Shown: positions 14,391 to 27,356 of the stretch, one piece after another
How positions within the stretch are numbered: the stretch's first letter is position 1
Layout: each line of letters opens with the position of its first letter
NCBI RefSeq assembly: GCF_001194135.2
Contig: NC_068981.1
Span: 197,011,072 to 197,075,071, forward strand
Reading direction: 5' to 3'
Origin: Octopus bimaculoides
Lineage: Eukaryota
Length of the DNA: 64,000 nucleotides
Position numbers and translations under genes: made by a program
Notes under the pieces: model-generated
Told to the model about the DNA's origin: nothing
Database searches by the model: none
What the model saw: the letters and a program-made list of their open reading frames with translations, nothing else

Positions 14391-14431
<41 letters not shown>

Positions 14432-17400
14432 GAAGGCCGCAAGCTGGCAGAACCGGTAACACACCGAGCGAAATACTTTGTCTGTCTGCATGTTCCGAGT
14501 TCAAATTCCACTGGGGTTGACTTTGCCTTTCATCCTTTTAGGGTCAATAAATCAAGTACCAGTTATGTACTGGGGTCAATGCAATCAGCTATCACTTTCC
14601 CTGAATATTTCGGGCCTTGTGCCTATTCTAGAAAGGATTATCATCATTATTATCAAAAGGCACTGAATAGACAAAATGCTTAGCACCATTTTGTCTATCT
14701 TTATGCTCTGAGTTCAAATGCCGCCGGGGTTGACTTTTCCTTTCATCCTTTTGGGGGTCGATGAAATAAATATCAATTGATCACTGGGGTCAATGTAAGC
14801 AACTTCCCCACCCCTCAAAATTGCAAGCTGTATCCCTTCACAGCTGCATGTGTATGTGTGTCAGATCACTAAGAACCACAACATACAGCAACAACATGTC
14901 ATGAGACTTGGGCCTCTCACAGGCAATGACTTAGTGACCAAGACCTCTGGCGATATGCTGGGCTTGAGAAGAAGACCCATCAAGACAAGTGAAATTGTAG
15001 TCGTGGCTGGTGCTAGTGTCACGGTGGCACAAAAAAAAGCACCCTTTGAGCATTGGGTCTCATGGAGGCAAAGTGGCTGAGCTCCTTTCGAGAGCTGGGC
15101 TTCACAGAGGCAATGACCAAGACCTTTGGCATTATGTCGTACTTGAGAAGAAGACCCATCAAGCTGAGCAAAATTGCAATCATGGCAGATACCGGTGTCA
15201 CACAAATTGGCACCTGTGCCAGTGGCACATAAAAGCACCTATTACACTCTCAGAGTGGTTGGCATTAGAAAGGGCATCCAGCCGTAGAGAACTAAGCCAA
15301 ATCAGACTGGAGTGCGGTGCAGTCTTCCAGCTTACCAGCCCTGGTCAAACCATCCAACCCATGCACGCATGGACAATGGACATTAAAGGATGATGATGAT
15401 AAAGATCTCACTACACTCTCGGAGTGGTTGACATAAGGAAGGGCATCCAGCTGTAGAAACTCTGCCAGATCAGATTGGAGCCTGGTGCAGCCATCCGCTT
15501 CGCCAGTCCCCAGTCAAATCGTCCAACCCATGCCAGCATGGAAAAGACGTTAAAACGATGATGATGATGAAAGATACCAGTAGGAGACAAAAAAAAAGAT
15601 GTAAAACAGTGATGCTGGCAATGTTCTTCATCATCATCATCATCATCAACAGAAACACATCCTAAAAAGCTGAGAGACTGCCAAGTGGTGAAAAAAATCA
15701 TTACCTGTTCCTCAGAATAGACGTAAATACCACTGTTATGACACTCGGTGTCTTCGCAAAATGGCAGCAACAAGTCCATCTCGTCATCACCATCTGAAGA
15801 GAAGAGTCAGGAAAGGAATATGAAATGGCAGCAGTGATTTACCAATTTTATTACAACCCAGAACCATTTCATCCATTCATATGGTTCTCTCCACCCACGT
15901 TTTCACTGGTCACTCCTTCCTCCCCACTGCTGCCCCGAAAAATTACCTCCTCCCTTATCACCATCCATCTCTCACCCTTCCTCATGGCTTACACCTGCTT
16001 CTCTCCTCCCCACGCACTCCTACAACCTGACCAACATCATCTCTCTCTCCCTCTCTCTCTCTCATTCGTTAGCAGGCAAGGCAAAATGCTTGGCAGTATT
16101 TCATCTGTCTTTATGTTCTGAGTTCAAATTCCGCCGAGGTCAACTTTACTTTTCATCCTTTCGGGGTCGATAAATTAAGTACCAGTTGCGTACTGGGGTC
16201 GATCTAATTGACTGGCTCCCTCCCCCAAAATTTCAAGCCTTGTGCCTAGTGTACAAAAGATTACTATTCTGTTGCTCAGCACAGTCAGTCATCTCCTACT
16301 CCCCCCTCTCACACTCATCCCTACCCACCTCATACCTTGAACGTCCACCCTAACACATCATTGCCATTATATTTTTTTATCACTTTCTACCTCCACCCCA
16401 GTTACTCCTACCCTCTCTTCTAAAATGTATTCATGTAGCTCCTCAGCAGCAACACACCTATCCCACTCTGGCCCCTTTTCTCATGCTTTTATCCTTTTTT
16501 AATTACTCCACATCTCCTTGCATAATCTTTCGTCATCAAGGTTTTGTATTCTTGCAAACTGCATGATGGCCTCACTAGTATGGACAGCACAAAAAAGAAA
16601 AAGACACCCGGCACATTCTGTAAAGTGGTTGGCATTAGGAAGGGCACCCAGCAGCTCAAATGGTGCGTTTTACGTGCCACCGGCACAGAAGCCAGACAGC
16701 TGCTCTGGCAATGATCCCGCTCAGATCATGCTGTTAGCACTCCACGGGTATAGGTGCCAGTCATCGAATTTGGTTCAGTTTCGATTTCACTTGCTTTATA
16801 TATGTATATATCATCATCATCGTTTAACGTCCGCTTTCCATGCTGGTATGGGTTGGGCGGTTTGACTGGGGACTGGCAAGCCAGAAGGCTACACCAGGCT
16901 CCAATCTAATCTTGCAAAGTTTCTACAGCTGGATGCCCTTCCTAACGCCAACCACTCTGAGAGTATAGTGGGCGCTTTTTACGTGCCACTGGCATGGGGG
17001 CCAGTCAGGCGGCACTGGCATCTACCACGCTTGAATGCAGCTTTTTATGTGCCACTGGTACTGACATCAGCCACACTCGATTGATGCTTTTTACATGTCA
17101 CTGGCACAGGTTCCAGTCAGGTGGCACTGGCATCAGCCATGGCTACAATTTTACATGACCCAAGCACAGTATATTGCCTAACAATTGAAGGGTACTTCTA
17201 AACGGCCCAGTTATGCTGCACTGGCATAAGCCATAGCTACAATCTCACTTGGCTTGACAGGTCTTCTCAAGCACAGCATATCTCCAATGGTCTCGGTCGC
17301 TTGCCATTGCCTCACTGAGGCCCAACGTTTGGAGGTCGTGCTTCACCACCTCATCCCAGGTCTTCCTGGGTCTACCTCTTCCACAGATTCCCTCCACTAT

Positions 17401-20400
17401 TAGGGTATGACACTTCTTCACACGGCTGTCCTCATTCATACGTAACACGACTATACCAGCGGAGTTGTCTCCCTTGCACTCCGCATCTGCTGCTTCTTAC
17501 GTCCAACCCTTCTCTCGGGGCGCTTACACTCTGTCGTGTGTGCACGCTGACACTACGCATCCAGCGAAGCACACTAGCTTCATTTCTTTCACACATAAAC
17601 ACACACCATTGAGCAACAGTGCAACAACAGTACAATTACATGAGCTCCAGTAAAATCCAACTTACCAACGTTGACAAATGTTGCCTGGCCAGACACTTTC
17701 ACAGCATCAGGAACATCTAATGTTTTGTTCAACTGAAAGCCATCATTCTGGAAAGAGAGAGAGAGAGTAACACAAGTTATAAGGTACTTAGTTTGGTGGG
17801 CAGACATAAACACCTCCACAAGACCCCTTATCTGAGTGGGGCTGTAGCAAAGAGGGAGGTGGCTTTGTGTTAGGTGTTGAAAGGTTAAAGTATGATAGAG
17901 GAACAGGAAGAGGTTGTCTTGCTATAGGGGAGGTAGATGGCTACACTGCATTATATGATGGTGGGTGGGATTCGCTGGAAGGAAAGATGGTGGTGGTGAG
18001 GTGTCAGAGCAAACTTTCAAGGTACCCAGTGAGCGGAAAAGGGAACAGATACTGGGGATCAGGAAGAGTGGGTAGATAAGGTTGTAGGAATGTGAGAGGA
18101 GAGTGACAGGTGGTTGGAGATGGGGGTAGAGATGAGAAATGGGTTGAGTTGGGATAGACAAAAAATACAGGATGGTCACAGCTGGACTGTCACTGATCAT
18201 TTATCTGATTGATTAGTACTGACTTTAACACTATGAATCTCATTGTATCCTTCTATGGTAGAATGTGATTTGAGGTAGTTAAAATTTGAAGAATACATTG
18301 GTTAATGTACTGCAGAGAACATCATATCAGAGCCAGACCGGCCTATAATCATAGGTCTGTTTGTCCCTTAATATTGCTCCCTGCTGCCACAGTGACAATG
18401 CCATGCAAAATACATGCTGTGAAGCGGTTGGTGATAGGAAGGACATCCAGTCGTAGAAACTAAACTAAAACAGACCCAGGAGCTTGACAGTCCCCTGGCT
18501 GGCCAGCTCCTGTCCAACCATCCAACCCAAGCCAGCATGGAAAACAAACATTAAATGATGATGATTAATGAAGATTCTGAGCTGTGAGGGATAATCAGAG
18601 GTTATGCATCTCTCCTTGCTAAATATACTTAACATCAAGCATCCCTTATTCATTCCTTGCAACCATTCTTTACCCAGACGCAACTCTTAGCTTCTGCAAC
18701 TCCATTAAACACACCATTCCACCATTGCATCACTTGACCACCTGACTGGAACCTTGACCCATCCATAGATCTGGTCTTCTGCATTAGTTGTCTTCCACAC
18801 TTTAAGTCTTTATTTCTTCCTCTTTCTTGACATATGCATCATACTTCTCAGAAGCTGTGTTTGGCCAAGAGCTCTTTCTACTTCCATGCTGTACTTTCAT
18901 CATCATCATCATCGTCGTTGTTTAACATTCACATTTCCATGCCTGCACGGATTGGATGGAATTTGTCGAAGGAGATTCTCTAGGGCTGGATGCACTTCCA
19001 GCCACCAACCCTTCACCTGTTTCCAAGCAAGGTAATATTTTCAGATAGCCAGACATGTCTTTGTAGAATATTGGAAATGAATGACAGTACTCATACATCA
19101 GAGATGCCAGTGCCATCTGATTGGCACCCATGCCAGTGACACACAAAAAGCACTGTTCGAGCATTGGGCTTCATGGAGGCAGTGACATCAAGCCAAGTGA
19201 GAGCGTAGTTATGGTCAATGCCAGTATTGCGTAAAACACCCGTTTAACGATGATGATGATGATGAATGAGCTCATACTGCATGTTTACCAAAACTGAAAT
19301 AAGAAAACACCAACAAAAAGAAAGTGTTGATGCTTACCAAGTAGTACCAGTATTCTAACTGGGTTTTACCATTCTTCACAGACACAACACAAAGATCTAC
19401 AAAGAAAAGAAGACATAAAAACAGATGAATACCTCAAGGCACAGTTTATCAACACACTTTTCTACACATTTTCATAACAGCTCCACCAGATAGAAATAGC
19501 AGCCAAGTATCCTTCAAATTATACCTGCCATTTTAAAGAAGCACGGTCACATTTGATAAAGTAATCCTAAATACATTAATATCATTAGAAGACTGGATGG
19601 TGTGTTGGGCCTCACAGAAGCAAGGACCGGGACCATTTGGCATTGTGCCAGGCTTCGAGCATTGGGCCTCACAGAGGCAATGACTGAGTCCATTTGGCAT
19701 TATGCTGTGCTTAAGAAGACCCATCAAGCCAACTAAAACTGCAGATATCGGCTTTACTGCCACGTAAAACCACAGATACTGGTGTCACACAAATGACACC
19801 CATGCCAGTGGCACATAAAAGCAACCATTGCACTCTTGGAGTGGTTGGCGTTAGGAAGGGCATCCAACCATAAAAGTCATGCCAAATTAGACTGGAGTCT
19901 GGTGCAGCCTTCCGGCTTGCCAATCCTGGTCAAACCATCCAACCCATGCCAGCATGGACAACAGACATTAAATTATCATGATGGTCATAGTTGGAACACC
20001 TTGGTTATAGGTCTGAGTCATCAGGGTAATATAAAACATCAACTTTATAATCACTGCTATCAAAGTCAAACACAAGAAAGTCATAAAAATGTGAAGTAAA
20101 TCCTTCTTGAGCCCCATGAGGGGAACTGAGGAGTTTCCTGGTGTTAAGCAGATGAGAAAAAGGTTTCCCACTGGATAGGAGCTAGTCACCCACATTGAAA
20201 AAATCCCATTAACTTGGGTCACAACTATTTCATTTGGAGAGTTTTATTTATTTTTTTCAAACCCATCCTTCCACCTCATTCTGCAAAAGCAACCAATTGT
20301 CAGCCACTGTCCATCCTAGCTCCCTGTTTTGCAAAACTGACCAGCAATGGATCGAGGCTGACCTGAGGCTAACCCTCAGTGTTACATTGAGTGGAAGTAA

Positions 20401-23400
20401 TTACAACAACCATACCACTAGCAACTTCAGCAACCATACCATCCATACTTTCACCAGTAATGAAGGAACTTGTACATGTCACCTAACCCCTACCCCATAT
20501 CATTACACCACCCCCACCCTGTCCATTTCACGTTCCACAAAGTCCCTACCAGCTTTCCCTCCTCTATGAAATCCCTAACTAATCCATACCATCTATTTTC
20601 TTATGACAACTAAACACATTATCTCTAGCAATACTAATTAACAGTGCTAATTAACCCATTAACTGCCAAATTATGTTAATTCATATTTTGGGGCTTTGCC
20701 AGGTGTCTTGGGAGTTAAAATAATATATAGTATTTAAATTTTCTTCATTTGTGAATTATTTTGGAAATTATGATAAATTTTTCGAAAAGTCCCAAATGGG
20801 GATCGCTGAAAAAAAAAGCATATTTATCCTTTCCTATTCAATTGCAATAATAAACATTTTAGTTTTTTTGAAACTATAATATCAAATGTGAATGTGTATG
20901 AAATATCAATGAATGATATAAATGGGAAATGCAAAAATAAACAAAAACGTTTTCAAAACCGTTAATATTTTTGTAGTTCAAAAATTGCGATTTATGACAT
21001 AAAATGTCCTCCAAGATTAGCCAGAGCTAATAATGACAAACTTTGATTACTAAATATTGTTAAACATCCCTCTGCAAATGCAACAATGTCCATAAGCAAT
21101 TCCCTTTAAATACAGCAAGCAACTGGCAGTGAGACTGTTCTTAGCAGGTCCCCAAATGGGGCCCATGGCAGACAAGGGGTTAACAACAGTAATTACATAC
21201 CAGCACAGAAATCATAATTGAGGTCCACAAAAGCACTGGACTGTGGTTTTTTCAATGGATCAAAAGTGGTCTGGGTGTTGTTCTTGGGGAAATCTACCAT
21301 CTTCATGATTCTTTGAGAGCTGCACAGTATAAAAGAAAAAAGATACAGATCGTAAAAACAAGCACTACACAGATCAACTGTCAACCGGAAGGTTGACTGC
21401 TGACCCCAAATTTAAGGACACAAATGCAGTAAGGCTGTTTTGTCCTCCAACAATTCTACCAGATCACCACCCAATTTGGTTGTTACAGAAGAGATGTAAG
21501 AATTATTATGACAATGTTCCATTTTAGTAGTAGTAGTAGTATTGAGACGTGTGCTGTGGCAGTGCGTTGCTACATCTACCATTTCTTGACAATAACCACT
21601 CAGGCAATAACCCTCCAAACCATAGGGCTGTTTGAGTAGTCGTTGCTGATGAGGGTTTAATGAGGTTGGAATGTAATCCCTACCTCAATGTCTTTTAGTT
21701 GTAAATAATGTACATAATTCGTCATCTCTTAAATATAGAACTGTATGGATGTTAAATGATGATTTTTAAGGGGCTTCTCAAAGAAATAGTTTCTGGCACT
21801 GCAGACAAGACTCGGATGTGAGTCTCGTCTTCAATGATGTGGTCTTCACTCGGGTATGTTGAGTCTACATAACCTGACATACCTTCACCAAGGTATGTTG
21901 CGTTATAAAAGGCGTCTTCGCTAAGATATGTTGAGTCTCCATCAGAGGTTCTCACAGATTCTTAAACTCAGTATGTAGAAGTGGGTGTCACAGAAAATTA
22001 CCATTTTTAAATTTCACGAGAGATATTCAGCAACAGTACTTTGGAATAAAGATTGTTTGCCAACATAACATGGCAGTCCTGCTTTAGGACAAATGTTGCT
22101 GACAAATGTTGCCCCAGGAGACATCGTCTCCAACTGGCTATACGACACGATCTGAGTCCTTATATTTTCGAACAAGAGAATAAGGATACAGATCGTGTGG
22201 TACAGCCAGCTGGAGACGATGTCTCCTGGGGCAAAATTACAGCAACATTCATCCTAAACCAGGAGTGCCATGCTATGTTGGCAAACAATCTTTACTACAT
22301 GGGTGTAACAGGTTGTCATATGGATGGTGCTGTGTGGGGGATTTCACAAGATAGAAGGAATGACAACATATTTCCACAAATACAAACTCTCACCCCACCC
22401 CCACTACCCCCATCTTCAGTATGTTTTGGAAGAAATCCATTCAAAAAGGAGTGACAAAGGATGAAGGAGAGAAAAAAAGAGTAACAAATACCTTCCAAAC
22501 CAAAATTTCCTTTTCCCATCAGAATTTTCACCAAATAAATCTGAAACCATGTCAGCATTGGCACTGAAAGGGAAGAGAGAATTGGAAAATGACAAAGTAT
22601 TATTAAAGTCCAAAGATAGAATTAAAGGAAAATATCGATGGGATGATAGAGCTGAAAGTCTGCTAGAACTGTCCAAGACATGATGGTACAATATGGCTCT
22701 GATTTGGTGGATATCCAACATATGATGATGATGCAGTTGTTTGAGCAAGTGAATTATTTACCCCTGAACAGGTAAGGGTATAGGCACCTGTACCTTTAAT
22801 GTAATTCTCAGGCAGAATTGACAGGACATGGTGTGTGACAAGGTATGCCTTTTGAAATACAGGTACAATCCAATTAGATGGGCTTCTTCCCAGTTTCCTC
22901 TGAACGTAATGGGTCGACCTGAAACTGTGAAACAAAATGACATTTGTCCAAGATGGCATGCAATGAGATTGAACCTGGGACCCCAGGACTGCTAAGCAAA
23001 CTTCTAGACCATACAGCCAGTCAGGCAGCACTAGCATCAACCACACTCGAATGGTGCTTTTTACGTGCCACTGGCATGGGAGTCAGTCAGGCGGCACTAG
23101 CAACAATCACACTCGAATGATGCTTTTTACATGCCACCAGCACAGGAGCCAGTTAGACGACACTGGCAATGATCATGCTCGAATGGTGCATAGGACCAGT
23201 CAGCCAGCACTGGACAGTAAGTCATGATGATGATGATGATGACACAGAGTTCAAATCCCAGGCAGCTGATAAAAGTACCAGTGGTGTAATTTGAACAATT
23301 CNNNNNNNNNNACAAGCCTCTTTTATGCCATCATCTTCCAAATGAGGTTCTTTGGAGAACTGTGAAATGTGGTTCTTAAAGAAGATATTGAGGAGAGCAT

Positions 23401-26400
23401 GGACTGATGGAGCATCTAATGAAGAAGGGATGACCTGGGTTATGGTAAACCGGGAACTGCTTCATGAGATAAGGGCCAAGCAACTGAGATCTGTTAGTCA
23501 TGTGATGAAGAAAGAGGGCCCGGAAATGACCAGAAAGATTGAACGGAAAAGGAGCAGTGGGCAGAGAAGGACAATATGGATGTGAAGGCGGCGGTGAGTT
23601 GGCAGAAGTGTTAGCATGCCAGGCAAAATGCTTAGCGGTATTTCTTCTGCTGTTACATCCCGAGTTCAAATTCTGCCAAGGTCGACTTTGCCTTTCATCC
23701 TTTCAGGGTCGATAAATTGAGTACCAGTTATGAACTGGGGTCAATGTAATCGACTTAATCCCTTTGCCTGTCCTTGTTTGTCTCCTCTATGTTTAGCCCC
23801 TTATGGGCACTAAAGAAATAAATATGGATGTCAAGCTTGAAGAAATGGTTGGAAGGAAGAGGTATTAAACATCAGGAACTAGAACTGTTACAAAGAAAAC
23901 AAAGAACAGTATGGCAGGACATGACTGACTTATGTCCTGCACTCTGGACATGGTACCTGAAGAGATTGCATGCAGGACATTCAGAGGTGCTCAACGACAA
24001 CTTAGAACATATTAAAACCTCTCTCTCTCTCTCATGAAGATGGTCTCAGAGCAGATAAGTTAGGCAAATAATTACTGGTATTGTCATTAAGGCCTTGAGC
24101 AGGCTGAATCATTAGCATATCACATGAAATGCTTAGCAGCATTTCTTTAGCCTTTTTATGATTTGAGTTCAAATCTCACAGAAGCCAACTTGCTCTTTCA
24201 TTCTTCTGGGCTCGATGAAATAAAGTACCAGCCAAGTGCTAGAGCCAATGTAATTGACTCCAGCCCCTCTCTTCAAAGCTGCAGGCCTTGTGCTCATGTT
24301 GGAAAGTGGTGTGGATACATGGCTATGAAGCTTGCCTCTTGATGATGTAGTCTCAGGTTCAGTCCCACTGCACAGCACCTTGGGCAAGTGTCCTTTACGT
24401 CAGCCCCTGGCCAACCAAAGTAGCTAGGGTAGATGGTGGTGGTGGTGGATGGAAGCTAGAGTAGAGGTAGGAGATAGAGATGTGTGATGGTAGAGGATGG
24501 TGGCGGCAGTAGATCAATGTCATGTTATGAGTGTAGATAAAAGTTTGTACAGACACAACCGAATGAAATAAAGAGATGAATCAAACATAACGACTGTCCA
24601 ATGGTCAATGAAATGAACAGACCAACAAGAACTCATTAAATTTAAAGGATGTACACAACATCAATAATTACCTTGGTTCACAGTGTAGCCATTACCCCAG
24701 TAAATCTCAATGAAAATGTTTCCTGAACGATCGTTCTCCTTTTGGCGGCACAGCAGCACATCCATGTGGACATCACCATCAAAGTCTGCTGGTACAATAC
24801 TAGTTATGATAGTGTCCGTCAGATTACTAGCGTTGGCTTCAATCAGAATTTGGGATGTGTAAGGTTCTTCAGATTTATCGGCCAAAAGTAATTTAACTTC
24901 TTTCCCTGTGAATGAAAAGAAACCAACTCTTTAATTAAAACAAATTACCAATCAGAGTGACACAGTAGCTATAGCCAGATTTGAACTCGTTACCTTGTTG
25001 TCTGTTATCTAATAGATACAAAATTAATGTTGTTTCTACACTCAAGCTTTGTGTTGTACTGTCAACAGCCTGTTTCAGCCTGAAACAATAACTAGTTCTT
25101 TCAAACTTAGTGCACTTGAGTTATCACTTATGAAGGCATCCCCCACATTGCACCAACACACACCCCTGTGTTACTCTTCAACACAACAACAGGTCTGCTA
25201 AGTCATTGCCAAGCTAACAAGAGAACCTCTATGAACTGATGCTCAACCTGCTGAAAGATCAGACAAATTCTACCTAAAATCACATTTTACTGTCTTAAAA
25301 GAAAAACAAAAAGATACAATTGAGAATGTCGTCTGAGGTAAAGAATGTCTTGGAACCAAAAAAAAAAAAAGGCTAGATGGTCACAGTTGAAACAGTTTTG
25401 ATCATAGAGTTACTGGATTGCCCAGGATTGCCCTAGGGCTAAAAAAAATTACTACATACTGAAATATTTTATCTTTTACTCGTTTTAGTTACTGGACAGC
25501 GACCATGCTGGAGCACTACGTTGAAGAGTTTCAGTCAAACAAATCAACCTCAGTACTTATGTCTTTCAAGTCTGGTATTTATTCTATCAATATCCTTTGC
25601 AGAACTGCTAGGTGATAGGAACATAAACAAACCAACACCAGTTGTCAAGCAGCAAAAGTCACAGACACAAAAATACACACACGCATACACATATATCATC
25701 AATTATCATCATCGTCGTCGTTTAACGTCCGCTTTCCATGCTGGCATGGGTTGGATGGTTTGACTGAGGACTGGAGAACCAGGAGGCTGCACCAGGCTCC
25801 AATCTGATCTGGCAAGGTTTCTACAGCTGGATGCCCTCCCTAAAGCCACCCACCCCAAGAGTGTAGTGGGTGCTTTTACGTTCCACCAGCACAGGACCAG
25901 TCAACCGGCACTGACATCAACCATGCTCGAATGGTGCTTTTTACGTGCCACCAGCACAGGATCCAATCAGATGGTACAGTCATAGGCCACAACAATTACT
26001 TCACTTGACTCAACAGGTCTTCTCAAGCACAGTTAATTGCCCAATGATTGAAGGGTACTCTTAAATGGGCCAGTCATGCTGCACTGGCACAGGCCACAGT
26101 TACAGTCTCACTTGGCTTGCCAGGTCTTCTCAAGCACAGCATATATATATATTAATTTATAATCAAGGATACAAGGTAGTACACAGCATTGCTAGAAATA
26201 AGAGTGAAAATTATTCGAAAGCCAGAGCTATCACTTCTACACACTGCATTCAAAAAGTCGATACACAGATGGTGACACAAGTATCTTTAGCCCTCGGCAG
26301 TAATACTCACTGATGAGAAGTAAGTATTTATCACAGGGTTTGAAATCACATGATTTCCTTTTTCCGAAGTCTAGTGGTGAATGTAAGCAAGGCATTATTG

Positions 26401-27305
26401 CCGACAATGATCTGTGTTGGACAACCTGCATTTCTAAAATCATCAGAAAGATCAAACCTGTCTTAGAATCATCACTCAGTAAGACCCTTGTCAGATGCTC
26501 ACCCGCTATCTATTTATCTGTTTGAAGTTATACATGGCTAAGGTACATTTGCACTTAAAGTTGGCATATCTAGTTTGGAACCCCCAGATTGTATAGAATA
26601 TTGATCTACTGGAACCTATCCAGAGACGTACAGCCAGATGAATACCCTGTCAGCTGCTCACCATATCTTGCTTGTCTGGACACTGATACAAGTCCACAAA
26701 ATTACCTTGCCAACAACCACGGCCACCATTTTTCTCTTTAATTCAATGCCTCTACCACCCACGGACATGCTTATAAAATGAAAAACAGCACAGCACCCAC
26801 GAATTTCAGAAACATTCTTTTCATGCTCAGAATTGTTGAAGCAGGGAACAAAGTCCCTGAATTGACTGTTAAATGTCAGGACGTTGCATCCTTTGAAAAC
26901 GCCATGCTTCCCGAAACTTGCCAACGCTACTCTTGATATGCCCATCCACCCTTACCTCTTTATGACTCTTTTAATGTTCAATTTTATGCCTGTTTTGTGT
27001 TTTATTCTCTGTACTGTGTAAATACTTACTTGAAGCCTTCATTACTGTACTTTCTTTACTTGACTTTTAAGCCTGCTTGTTTAACTTTATCCAACAAGCT
27101 CTCTAATGTAGCTGAGCACTGAATGTATGTCACAGTACCAGTAATACAGCAGGGTACCACTATTATATGACCAGTAGTATGGTTATACTGCCACTAATAT
27201 GCTACAGAACCACCAACAACATTAGTATCAGAAATCTGTTAGCAGGAATTTTATTTCATGAAACAAAGCCAGCATAAAAAAATCTACTAATACATCAACA
27301 CACAG

Positions 27306-27356
<51 letters not shown>

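Noticed and set aside
21795-21945. Three spaced copies of a roughly 23-nt motif (CAACATA...GAAG on the minus strand), superficially CRISPR-like
   Set aside because: The copies are degenerate, the context is a eukaryotic intron and there are no cas genes; also no complete hammerhead core could be fitted
22860-22925. Candidate for the missing ITFG1 exon ([18 protein letters not shown])
   Set aside because: It has an acceptor-like site but no resemblance to the expected peptide and no donor in the required phase
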